This document shows, piece after piece, positions 8,337-16,999 of a stretch of DNA of 39,858 nt (its first letter is position 1; each line of letters begins with the position of its first letter). Source of the stretch: Rhodoferax sp. (lineage in GTDB: Bacteria; Pseudomonadota; Gammaproteobacteria; Burkholderiales; Burkholderiaceae_C); the NCBI GenBank assembly GCA_023231075.1, contig JALNWC010000001.1:1-39858 (forward strand), in the 5' to 3' direction. Under the pieces are notes generated by a model. It was not told the DNA's origin, ran no database searches, and saw only the letters and a list, made by a program, of their open reading frames with translations. A program made the translations under genes and the position numbers.

Positions 8337-10400
8337 ATGCAAAACACATTCGCTACTCTCAAATGCGCCGCGCTGGTCCCCAGCACGACAAATCCGCGCA
8401 CCATTTTTGACCCGGCCTGGATCTCCGAGCTGGCCTTGTCCATCCAATCCACCGGCGTGATCCAGCCCATCCTGGTGCGGCCCCTGCCAGGCCACCGTGT
8501 GGCCGATACCGATCGTGGTGTCACCCACGAAATTGTCGAGGGCGAATGCCGCTGGCGTGGCAGCAGTCAGGGCGGTGTGGACACCATCCCGGCCATGATC
8601 CGGGACCTGACCGATACCCAAGTCATGGAAATCCAGCTGATCAGCTTCTTGAAGCGCAAAGACCTGACCGCGCTGGAAGAAGCCCAGGGCTATGAACAGC
8701 TCATGACCGCCGCGCCCATGACGGCTAATGAGCTAGCCGACCGCATCAAGCGAAGCCGCAGTTACGTGTTTGGGCGCCTCAAGCTGCTCGCCCTGAGCAT
8801 GGAATGCAAAGAGGCCATGCGCGCCGGCCAGATCGACGCCAGCCGGGCGCTGCTCATCGCCCGTATCCCTGACACAATCCTGCAAACCAAGGCGCTGGCC
8901 GAGGCTACGCGGGTGGACTACCGGGGCGAGGTGTGCAGCCTGCGTGCATTTTCCAGTTGGCTGCAGGCCAATGTGATGCTCAAGCTGGACCGGGCCGCAT
9001 TCAATATTTCCGACTCGCAGCTGATACCTTCCGCCGGCAACTGCGCCACCTGCCCGAAGCGCACCGGCGCCAACCCGGATCTGTTTTCCGACGTGCAGAG
9101 TGTGGACATCTGCACCGACCCGGCTTGTTTCCGGGCCAAGATAGCCTGCCACCGCGCCAACATCGTGGCCACCGCTGAAAAGCGCGGCATGACGCTGATT
9201 GACGGCGATGATGCGGTCGACATCTGCGACCCGGACGGCGACTACATCGACGGCTATAGTCCGTTGACCCAAGTGCGTGAAGATACCATCGACGGCCAGC
9301 CGCGCCTGCTGGGTGCCCTGCTGGGCGACGATGCCCCGGCGCCCGTGCTGATCGAGAACCCCTGGACCAGGGAACTCATTGCCGCCGTTCCCACCGATGA
9401 GGCCGAGGCCATGCTGCTGGCCCGCGGGCTGGTGAAGGCAGCGGGAGTCAAGGCGGCCAAAAAAGACGACATCGAAGGCGACATCAAACGGCTGCAGGAC
9501 AAAATGCAGAAAGAGATCACCAAGCGCTTCCGAGAAGACGCGTTTGAGGTACTGGCCGACGTGGTGCATGACTGCGATGACGCGGTGGCAGATAAACTGG
9601 TATGTGGCGGCCTGCTTCGAGCATGGTGGTTGCGCCAAGTGAAAGAAATGAGAGCTACCGCCACCATTGCCAAGGTGTTTGGTCTGGATCTGATGAAGCC
9701 GGAAGATAGCAAAACAACCGGCGGCGTGCAAGACGCACAGACCACCCAGGTGCGCTTGCATGTGCAGCGTTGTGACTCTGCCAGCCTATATCAGGCGCTG
9801 GCTTTGTTTATGGTGCTGGACGACTGCCCTGGATATTTCTATTCCGAACCTTGTGAGCCAACGCTGCTGAACGCGCTCGCAAAAGAGGTGGGGGTTGACC
9901 TTGACGAAATGGCCAGCGACACGCGCTACACAGTGCAAGACGAATACGCCGCCGAACTCAAAAATCTTAAAGCCCAGCTCAAAGGCAGCACTGGCCACGA
10001 CATCACCGCCATCGGCTACCGTGGCCCCAATGGTGAAACCTGGACTGGCCGTGGCTTGATGCCGCGCTGGCTGACTGTGCTGGTGCAGGCTGGCCAGGAC
10101 AAGGAAAGTTTCAGGGTGACCGACCAGGTCAAGGTGATCACCCCTGAAAAATCTCCCATCACAGGAACCCCTGCTGCGCAAGCCAAGGGGCGCGGGGGCA
10201 AGAAGCCAAAAACGACCGAAGCCGAAGCCAAGGCCCAAATCGCCGCTGCGATGCAAGCGCAAGAGGAAACCAATCCAGGCGCTGACGCGCAGGGCATCGA
10301 CGGGGCCGGTGAGCAGCCAGTAGCCACCTCCGCCGCTGTCGCGCCGGCGGTGGCTCAGGCTGGGTTTAAGGCCGCTTGTCTGATGGGGGTCGAATCATGA
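8337..10400 (+). CDS. ParB/Spo0J-family protein with Cys cluster and C-terminal H-NS-type DNA-binding domain
   Basis: NPR...ELALSIQSTGVIQPILVRP...EIVEGECRWR, DLTALEEAQGY, HTH, CATCPKRTG...CTDPACF, and YRGPNGETWTGRGLMPRWL. ATG at 8337 follows GGAG. Confidence 0.85.
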   Translation: MQNTFATLKCAALVPSTTNPRTIFDPAWISELALSIQSTGVIQPILVRPLPGHRVADTDRGVTHEIVEGECRWRGSSQGGVDTIPAMIRDLTDTQVMEIQLISFLKRKDLTALEEAQGYEQLMTAAPMTANELADRIKRSRSYVFGRLKLLALSMECKEAMRAGQIDASRALLIARIPDTILQTKALAEATRVDYRGEVCSLRAFSSWLQANVMLKLDRAAFNISDSQLIPSAGNCATCPKRTGANPDLFSDVQSVDICTDPACFRAKIACHRANIVATAEKRGMTLIDGDDAVDICDPDGDYIDGYSPLTQVREDTIDGQPRLLGALLGDDAPAPVLIENPWTRELIAAVPTDEAEAMLLARGLVKAAGVKAAKKDDIEGDIKRLQDKMQKEITKRFREDAFEVLADVVHDCDDAVADKLVCGGLLRAWWLRQVKEMRATATIAKVFGLDLMKPEDSKTTGGVQDAQTTQVRLHVQRCDSASLYQALALFMVLDDCPGYFYSEPCEPTLLNALAKEVGVDLDEMASDTRYTVQDEYAAELKNLKAQLKGSTGHDITAIGYRGPNGETWTGRGLMPRWLTVLVQAGQDKESFRVTDQVKVITPEKSPITGTPAAQAKGRGGKKPKTTEAEAKAQIAAAMQAQEETNPGADAQGIDGAGEQPVATSAAVAPAVAQAGFKAACLMGVES

Positions 10401-10519
10401 AATACATCGGCTGGTTTGTCGTGCTGATCTGGCTCACCGGAGCGGTTGGGTTGATCGACGTCGACGTGTGCGTTCGGGCATTTGGCAAGTGCCCGCAAAC
10501 TTCATTGGAGCAAAAATGA
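10397..10519 (+). CDS. small membrane peptide, 40 aa
   Basis: MKYIGWFVVLIWLTGAVGLIDVDVC..., ATGA overlaps at both ends. Confidence 0.45.
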   Translation: MKYIGWFVVLIWLTGAVGLIDVDVCVRAFGKCPQTSLEQK

Positions 10520-10863
10520 CCCGCCACACCTTCGGCCCTGCGAACACTGCGATGGAGAAGGCTATGAGTGGTGGAAATGAACAACATATTGGACAGACTA
10601 CGACCCCTTGGTACACCGACCAGGAAGTCGACGACATCTGCGCCGGCCTGGTCAACAACGCCGCCAAGGTGCGCTACCTGCGCGCCCAGGGCCTGACCGT
10701 CACCACCAAACCCAACGGCCGGCCGCTGGTGATGCGGGCGCATGCCGAATCGGTGCTGTCGGGCCTGAGGCAGATCGACACCCTGCCCACCAACACCACG
10801 CCGGTGCACACCAACCGGGCCGCGCTGGTCGCGCTGTTTGGCAAACAACGGGCAGCGGCGTAA
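10516..10863 (+). CDS. excisionase-like protein (DUF4224-like); start at 10516 or 10564
   Basis: YTDQEVDDICAGLVNNAAKVRYLRAQGL...PNGRPLV, immediately upstream of the integrase. Confidence 0.7.
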   Translation: MTRHTFGPANTAMEKAMSGGNEQHIGQTTTPWYTDQEVDDICAGLVNNAAKVRYLRAQGLTVTTKPNGRPLVMRAHAESVLSGLRQIDTLPTNTTPVHTNRAALVALFGKQRAAA

Positions 10864-10864
10864 C

Positions 10865-12004
10865 ATGGCCGCCATGGGCCGCAAACGCAAATCAACCGAC
10901 ACCGGGCTGGAGCCCCGCGTGTACGCCAAGCACGGTGCGTATTACTACGTGCACCGCGACGGCCGCTGGGAGCGTTTGGGCGCCGACAAGATGGACGCCA
11001 ATCGCAAGGCGCGGCTGTTCAACGACCCCGACGGCGAATTTGGCACACTGGTGTACTGGCTCGACATGTTCCTGGTGCACTGCGCGGCCAAGGTCGAGGC
11101 CAAAACCCTGTCGCCGCGCACGCTGGACGACTACACCAACGCCATCAAGGGCACGCCTGAGCGCGTGGCCACCGCCAAAAACCCGATCACACCCGCCAAG
11201 CCAGGCGCGCTGCGCATCTTCTTCGCGCCGCCCATGACGCCGCTGGACCTGGACCCCGACATGGTGCAAGATTTCTTGGACACCAACGCCGAGCTGGGCC
11301 GCCCGGTACCCGCCAATCGTGAAAAAGCTGCCCTAAGCAGCTGCATGAGCTGGCTGATCCGCACTGGCAAGGTGCCGGGCCTCAAGATCAACCCCTGCCT
11401 GCGCGCCAGTGGCATCAAGCGCAACCCCGAGGCCAAGCGCGACCGCTATGTGACGCACGACGAATACCGCGATGTGTGGGCGGTAGCGCACAAGTCGGTG
11501 CGGCTGATGATGGAGCTGACCTACCGCACGCTGCAGCGGCCCGAGAGCGACATCATCACCTGGACCACCGAGGTGCTGCTGACCGAAGACGGCCAGGGAA
11601 AATTGCACTTTCGCCAGGGCAAGACCAAAAAGTGGATGAAGGTACTGCTCACGCCCGAGCTTGACGGCCTGATCCGCCAGGGCATGGGCACCGTCACCAA
11701 GCTCAAGCAACCCATTGTGCGCACGCGCCTGGGTGAGGCGTACAGCTACGATGGCCTGAGCGCCATGCTCAAACGCAGCATCACCAAGGCCAACAAACTG
11801 CGCCAGGCTGCCGGGCAAGACGCCATGCCGTCGTTTGGCTTTCGGGACCTGAAGGGCAAGGGCGCCACCGACATGTGGCAGGCAGGCATCCCGATCGAGC
11901 AGATCCAGCAGCTCTGCGGCCACGAGGACAAGCACACCACCGAGATCTACGTCAAGCAAAGGTGGCGGGAGACGGCTACGGCCAACCTTGTGGCGATGGG
12001 CTAG
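10865..12004 (+). CDS. int: tyrosine recombinase / phage integrase
   Basis: Arm-binding N-terminus (MGRKRK...PRVYAKHGAYYYV), TLQRPESDI, FRDLKGKGATD, LCGHEDKHTTEIY. Confidence 0.92.
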   Translation: MAAMGRKRKSTDTGLEPRVYAKHGAYYYVHRDGRWERLGADKMDANRKARLFNDPDGEFGTLVYWLDMFLVHCAAKVEAKTLSPRTLDDYTNAIKGTPERVATAKNPITPAKPGALRIFFAPPMTPLDLDPDMVQDFLDTNAELGRPVPANREKAALSSCMSWLIRTGKVPGLKINPCLRASGIKRNPEAKRDRYVTHDEYRDVWAVAHKSVRLMMELTYRTLQRPESDIITWTTEVLLTEDGQGKLHFRQGKTKKWMKVLLTPELDGLIRQGMGTVTKLKQPIVRTRLGEAYSYDGLSAMLKRSITKANKLRQAAGQDAMPSFGFRDLKGKGATDMWQAGIPIEQIQQLCGHEDKHTTEIYVKQRWRETATANLVAMG

Positions 12005-12036
12005 GGTAAACACCTAGAAAATAATTTAAATAGTTG

Positions 12037-12065
12037 TTGCAAAGCACATTTAACGTGCTTAAAAT
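12037..12065 (+). promoter_or_regulatory. sigma70 promoter with palindromic operator
   Basis: TTGCAA-17 nt-TAAAAT, with AAGCAC-N7-GTGCTT (12042-12060) spanning the spacer. Confidence 0.7.
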
Positions 12066-12129
12066 ATGACTCATGGGCAGGCAATCAAGCCAACCCCCTA
12101 CGCCTCGGGTAGCAGGCAGGAGAAGCAAA

Positions 12130-12360
12130 ATGACACAAGCCACAGTAACCGTCGACGGCGTTGAGTATCTTGTTGATCAAAGTGTTGCTGACATCATTGT
12201 TCAAACACAAGCGGAAGCAGAAGCAGACCGCCAGCAAGCTCAAATTTCTATTGATAGCGGCGCTGACGATATTGCACCGCTTTGGATTGAAAAAGCAGAA
12301 AAGACAGACTCATTCAATCGCATGCTGATTGCTTATCATTTCCAAGCAACTCAAAAATGA
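12130..12360 (+). CDS. hypothetical protein (moron operon)
   Basis: AGGAG SD, MTQATVTVDGVEY, visibly lower GC. Confidence 0.65.
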   Translation: MTQATVTVDGVEYLVDQSVADIIVQTQAEAEADRQQAQISIDSGADDIAPLWIEKAEKTDSFNRMLIAYHFQATQK

Positions 12361-12584
12361 CAACAATCATCACAATCACAGAGATGGCGTCAATGCCTGG
12401 ACGCTATTGCTGCGATCACAAAACCGGCACAGGGCGAACATTTTCAACAACTCACGCTGGGCGTGATCCGGCAGAAGCTGCGGCGTATGCGATGTCAATC
12501 GCGATTTACAAAAGTTCTTACGTGATTTTCGGACCGGAGCGGGTGCTTAAACACATTCCCGTCGAGCTTCGATCAAAGTCGTGA
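12357..12584 (+). CDS. hypothetical protein (moron operon)
   Basis: ATGA-coupled 75-aa ORF. Confidence 0.6.
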   Translation: MTTIITITEMASMPGRYCCDHKTGTGRTFSTTHAGRDPAEAAAYAMSIAIYKSSYVIFGPERVLKHIPVELRSKS

Positions 12585-13078
12585 CGTTCATCAACCACAT
12601 CACCATCAACACCGGCCACGTCGCCCGAACCAAGCGGGCCGACGTAGCGCCCGAAGTCACGCAGCTGTTGGCCGACTGGCTGCCGTCCACCATCAACAGC
12701 GGAAAAACACACGCCCTGCCGGTGCCGTCGATCAGCCATTTTTCCGCCCAGGCATTTGTGCAAGACGGCGGGCTGGTGGTAACCGTGGTGGCGCCCGTCG
12801 GGCCGCACCAGCAGGGCCAGCCGCACGCGGGCAAGACCATGCCGCTGGTGACATTTGGCGTAGCGCAACGCTCACGTCAGGGCACGGCGCTATGGGGTAT
12901 GCTGACCAGTGCGTTCGGCAGCGTGACGGGCCTGCAGCAGACCGGCACGCCCTGGTGCGCGGTGGCGGTGCACCCCAGCATCGCGGCCTACGATGGTCCG
13001 GTGGATTGGCTGGGCGACTTCGAGCGTTGCGGGGCTTGGGCCTGGCTCACGCGCAATCCTGATTTGAGGCCCGCATGA
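12581..13078 (+). CDS. hypothetical protein (moron operon)
   Basis: GTGA-coupled 165-aa ORF. Confidence 0.65.
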   Translation: MTFINHITINTGHVARTKRADVAPEVTQLLADWLPSTINSGKTHALPVPSISHFSAQAFVQDGGLVVTVVAPVGPHQQGQPHAGKTMPLVTFGVAQRSRQGTALWGMLTSAFGSVTGLQQTGTPWCAVAVHPSIAAYDGPVDWLGDFERCGAWAWLTRNPDLRPA

Positions 13079-13302
13079 TCTCCCTGCTCGACCCCAAACA
13101 ACCCACACTGGATGACATCTTTGGCGCGCGGTTTAACGCCAAGCTGACCCAGCAGCAGGCCGCGGATATGATCGGCTACAGCCGTAGGGGATGGCAGGAC
13201 GCCGAAAATGGCAAAAACAAGCTGCACCCGGCGGCGTGGGCGCTATTTTTGCTGGCTACCGGGCAGCATCCGAGCCACCGCGCGCTGTCTAATATCCAGT
13301 AG
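13075..13302 (+). CDS. small XRE-family HTH regulator
   Basis: ARFNAKLTQQQAADMIGYSRRGWQDAENG. Confidence 0.8.
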   Translation: MISLLDPKQPTLDDIFGARFNAKLTQQQAADMIGYSRRGWQDAENGKNKLHPAAWALFLLATGQHPSHRALSNIQ

Positions 13303-13424
13303 TCTGAGACCCAAAAACTCACAATTCCCCTAGCTAGTCCCATAGTCCATACACAAAAAATATTAGACAAAAATTTCAAAGAATCCAGCATCCATGCGGT
13401 CTGGCGGGTACATCGGCTGGCCGT

Positions 13425-13469
13425 CTGTTAATCCGTAGGTCCCTGGTTCGAGCCCAGGTCGAGGAGCCA
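13425..13469 (+). other. attP core: 3' half of tRNA-Asn(GTT)
   Basis: CTGTTAATCCGTAGGTCCCTGGTTCGAGCCCAGGTCGAGGAGCCA contains the anticodon loop, T arm (GGTTCGAGCCC) and CCA end. The 5' half is absent. Confidence 0.9.
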
Positions 13470-13491
13470 CTTACAAGGCTCATAGCCACTA

Positions 13492-13525
13492 AAAAGCCCG
13501 CTACATAAACAATAGCCGGCTTTTT
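13492..13525 (+). terminator. terminator-like hairpin after the tRNA fragment
   Basis: AAAAGCCCGCTA...TAGCCGGCTTTTT, imperfect stem. Confidence 0.55.
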
Positions 13526-13604
13526 GCTTTATTGGACGTTTTATTAGACAACTGTCTAATATCCAGTAGTTTCGCATCATTTTTTTGGCGGTTGCCGCGC
13601 CTCC

Positions 13605-13751
13605 TTAATGTCCAGAATCTGATTGACCTGGATCGCTACCTCGGCGTATCTGGCGCAGCGTGACTTGTTTGCCGTCCGCGGTGCGAACGGTCAATTCGCC
13701 TGAGGCGATGGCGGCATCAATGGCCGCGAGGTCGGTGGTGGTAAATGCCAT
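13605..13751 (-). pseudogene. truncated gpW-like head-tail joining protein remnant, 48 aa
   Basis: MAFTTTDLAAIDAAIASGELTVRTADGKQVTLR resembles lambda gpW-family N-termini, then degenerates. Confidence 0.6.
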
Positions 13752-13808
13752 GCGGCAAGGGTGCCGCTTTTGCTGTGCAAAGTCTCAAAAAAGCTGCACG
13801 ATTTAGCC

Positions 13809-16202
13809 CTACGCAATTACCCCAACCAGCAATGACGTGCCGCTGTAAATGCTGGTGGGCAGCGCCAGCCCGCTGGCACCCAGCAGGGTGGCGGGCGTGA
13901 AATCAGTGGCCACCATCACAAACGGGCTGCCTAATTTGGCTGGCACCAACAGTACCACATTGGTCTTGTTGACAGCGTTGCAGTGTGACAACAATTCCGA
14001 CACATAGCCGCCCCTGGAAAAGCCGGCGGCGCTGATGTCAACCACCCCAAGCGCAATCACCGGGCCTGCATAATCAGCCGTCATGGCCCCGCTGGGTGAG
14101 CCTTTGTCCATCGTTGCCGTATGCTCATAGGCATCCGTCAAAATGACCACGCTCGCCTCGCCAACAGCCTTGTAGTCATTGGCCGCAGCGTCTGCCACAG
14201 TGGTATTGGTGAAGTAAAAAACATCCGGCGCCGGGTTGTCCATTCGCTCGGTAAAAATGTATTCTCCGCTGCCAAACAGGCCCTCAACCACCAGGCTCTT
14301 GGGGTTTCTTGGGTCAAGGCACAACACATTAAAGCCGAACCCGCGCACGTTGTAGCCCAACTTGTCGCTGGGGTCCATGCCCATATCGGCCACGCCATCC
14401 AAACTAACGCCGCGGTTTGTGGTCCTGAGCGACCATACGGGGTAAGCCAATTGCTGCTCTAGCGTGTAGGTCCATATGAGCGACGACGTGCCTGTCCACC
14501 AAGTCTCGCTGCCACAAACGACACTCCCGGTCCAAGCCCCGGTGTAGGTGTGCAATGCATAGATGGTGTAGCCATCACCATCCAAGGTCTCGGTAAAAGT
14601 CTCCCCACCCGCGCTGGTGCACTCAGCATAAGCCGTCTGCAAGTCCCCGGCAACATCGTAATAAGCAGCGGCATAAATACGCAGCGTTTGTGAATAGCTA
14701 TCGGGTGAGCTCGACCCCTCACCAATGTACAGCGGCGCGCCCACGGTCCGTGTCGCGCCGGTCAGGTCGGCGTTAACCACATACTCGCAAGTCCGTGGCC
14801 GGGCGTCGTCAACACCATCAAGGTACACCAGTGTGGCACCTTTCAGCCCGGTCAACTCATCAAAAAACACGGGTGCTTTGGCATACGCATATTTTCCCGC
14901 CACCGCATTCCAGCTAAAGGCAATTTCCCCAGCTGGCACCGGGAAACTCTGAATCACCGCGGCGGCCAGCGTGGTGGCGTGGACCTTGATGAGCACATAA
15001 GCGTTCAAGTACGTCACCAGCGACAGCACCACAATGTATTTGGTATTGCCCACCTTGGCCAGGGCCGCGCCCAGCACCAGGCCGCCCACGCCAATGTTCA
15101 AGCCCCGGTAAAACACAGAGCCACCCGTGGAAGGCGTCAACGATCCGCAGGTGATGCCTTGCGACCCCCACCATGACACCGTGCCCAGCGCGCTGGTGTA
15201 AGACACATTGCCGCCCCGTTTGCTGCTGCTGGCGGTCCACTCGTAATCCCCCCCCCCGCGCCCGTGCGACCAGTCACCATAACTGCCCGGCGCACCGCTG
15301 AAAAACCAGCCCGCAGCCGCGCCGCATTCCTTCGGGTTGTCACAAAACCCAATCACCCTCGGGTTGGCCCAATCCTGCCCAGTAAATTTCACCACCACCA
15401 CATCGCCCACATCAAACGCCTCGGCGTCGCACTGCATGTAATCCACCGGCACAGCGGTTAAATTGGCCGTTTGGTTGATCGGCAGTTGCTGCGCACTCGA
15501 CACGTCATCGAACAGCGTCACATTGGCCGTGTCGGCGTCGTAGTCAATCGCCGTGATGGTGCCGCGCCGGTAAGTGGGTTTGTATTTCTGCCAGCCCGGC
15601 AACACCGCGGCGTTCCAAAACACCTGCTCCTGGCTTTGCACCTCGCGCGCCGTCAGCAGGCCGTCTGCCGGGCCGGGTGCGGGTGCGGCAGGCGCAATCA
15701 GCACCAACTTGTTTTCACCGGGGATTTCAATGGTCGCCACCTGGCCGCTGGCGTCTTCGGTCAGGTCGGCGCACCATGCGGATACGGTCTCTGTCAAAAC
15801 CAACGCAGTCCATGTCGATTGATCTTTTTTGAGCTGCGCCTGTTCAGATTTCAGCACATCCAACGGGATACGCAGGGCTGCGGTATCGCCTTTTATTTTT
15901 GCCAATGCCGTTGCAGCATCAGTGTAATTTTTCAAGGTATTTTCAAGCGCTGATGCGGGAGCTTCCGGCGTATTGCTCACTGTGATGTAAGCATCAATCG
16001 CCGCATCCACCACCACCTTTTGAGCATCCTCAATTGCCTGCTGCGCGTCCAACGAGGATTGTGCAGCGGCTATCTTGCTCACCAGCGCGGCCAGATCGGA
16101 ATTGATTTTTGCCAGCCGCGCATCACGCGCCGCCTGACCATAGTCAAGCGTCACCTGGTACAACCCGTCCGTGCCGCCGCTGGCAATGGTACCCTTGCCC
16201 AT
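13809..16202 (-). CDS. large tail-tip/host-specificity-like protein
   Basis: 797 aa, last gene of the tail module. N-terminal coiled coil and OB-like segment (YRRGTITAID...FDVGDVVVV), then a beta-rich, aromatic, lower-GC C-terminus. Confidence 0.65.
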   Translation of the reverse strand: MGKGTIASGGTDGLYQVTLDYGQAARDARLAKINSDLAALVSKIAAAQSSLDAQQAIEDAQKVVVDAAIDAYITVSNTPEAPASALENTLKNYTDAATALAKIKGDTAALRIPLDVLKSEQAQLKKDQSTWTALVLTETVSAWCADLTEDASGQVATIEIPGENKLVLIAPAAPAPGPADGLLTAREVQSQEQVFWNAAVLPGWQKYKPTYRRGTITAIDYDADTANVTLFDDVSSAQQLPINQTANLTAVPVDYMQCDAEAFDVGDVVVVKFTGQDWANPRVIGFCDNPKECGAAAGWFFSGAPGSYGDWSHGRGGGDYEWTASSSKRGGNVSYTSALGTVSWWGSQGITCGSLTPSTGGSVFYRGLNIGVGGLVLGAALAKVGNTKYIVVLSLVTYLNAYVLIKVHATTLAAAVIQSFPVPAGEIAFSWNAVAGKYAYAKAPVFFDELTGLKGATLVYLDGVDDARPRTCEYVVNADLTGATRTVGAPLYIGEGSSSPDSYSQTLRIYAAAYYDVAGDLQTAYAECTSAGGETFTETLDGDGYTIYALHTYTGAWTGSVVCGSETWWTGTSSLIWTYTLEQQLAYPVWSLRTTNRGVSLDGVADMGMDPSDKLGYNVRGFGFNVLCLDPRNPKSLVVEGLFGSGEYIFTERMDNPAPDVFYFTNTTVADAAANDYKAVGEASVVILTDAYEHTATMDKGSPSGAMTADYAGPVIALGVVDISAAGFSRGGYVSELLSHCNAVNKTNVVLLVPAKLGSPFVMVATDFTPATLLGASGLALPTSIYSGTSLLVGVIA

Positions 16203-16996
16203 TATTCCCCCACGTCCATATAGCCGTCTGACTCAAGCGCATAGTAATTGATGTAGCGCACCACAAAAGGCACCGCACCCACATAAGCCCGATGTCCTGG
16301 TCGCAGTAGCCAGTCAATGGCGCATCGCACCCGCAAACCAGAGCCACTGCTGATAGAGCGCACCCCTGCAAGCTGGCGGTCGTAGGCCACAGGTGGGTCG
16401 ATGCTGGATGCGAAGGCGTCAGGGTAGCCGCTCATGGTGCAGGTGTAGCGCTGCGGACCCTGGTTGTACCGTGCCTGCTCAGTAGCAGAGCGGGCCATCT
16501 CGTACTCGATGGTCAGCGCCGTGCCTGGCACGTCGGCACACCGGAAAATCACAAATTCGGTCGCGGCGTTGATGACGTTCACCCAATTCAAGCAGGCGGG
16601 CACCACACATTGCACATAGCTGCTCGACCCGCTTTGCAGCGTCGCCTGCCAGCTGCTGATGGGCACGCGCACCGTGCCGGTTGGCGTGATCAAGTCCATT
16701 ACCCAACGGGTAACAGCATCGCCCAGCGCGGCGCTGAAGTCATGATTAATCAGCGCAGCACCAGAACCCAGTGGGCCGGTGGCGGCCATGCTGCCCACAA
16801 TAATCGTGTTACCCAGCACCGCACCATACCCCAGCGGTCCGGTGGCGTCCGTGCGGACCACAATAACTATGTTACCCAGCACCGCGCCAGCCCCCAGCGG
16901 GCCGGTCGCTTCAATGCGCGCCAACGGGTAAGGAACGCCACTATCAGCCGGCGCACCTAGGGCGGACTCACCAATGGATGCACTGCCCAGGCTCAT
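16202..16996 (-). CDS. tail protein (hub-like), hypothetical
   Basis: 264 aa in the tail module with three ATGPLGxGAVL repeats. Confidence 0.6.
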   Translation of the reverse strand: MSLGSASIGESALGAPADSGVPYPLARIEATGPLGAGAVLGNIVIVVRTDATGPLGYGAVLGNTIIVGSMAATGPLGSGAALINHDFSAALGDAVTRWVMDLITPTGTVRVPISSWQATLQSGSSSYVQCVVPACLNWVNVINAATEFVIFRCADVPGTALTIEYEMARSATEQARYNQGPQRYTCTMSGYPDAFASSIDPPVAYDRQLAGVRSISSGSGLRVRCAIDWLLRPGHRAYVGAVPFVVRYINYYALESDGYMDVGE

Positions 16997-16999
16997 GGC

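Larger units (their letters stand above)
13285..13570. repeat. integrase arm-type sites flanking the attP core
   Basis: 19-bp direct repeat CTGTCTAATATCCAGTAGT at 13285-13303 and 13552-13570. Inverted TATTAGACAA at 13361-13370 and 13542-13551. Confidence 0.75.

Noticed and set aside
13390-13469. Complete tRNA-Asn gene
   Set aside because: The 5' acceptor strand and D arm are missing, so only the 3' half is present. This fits an attP core.
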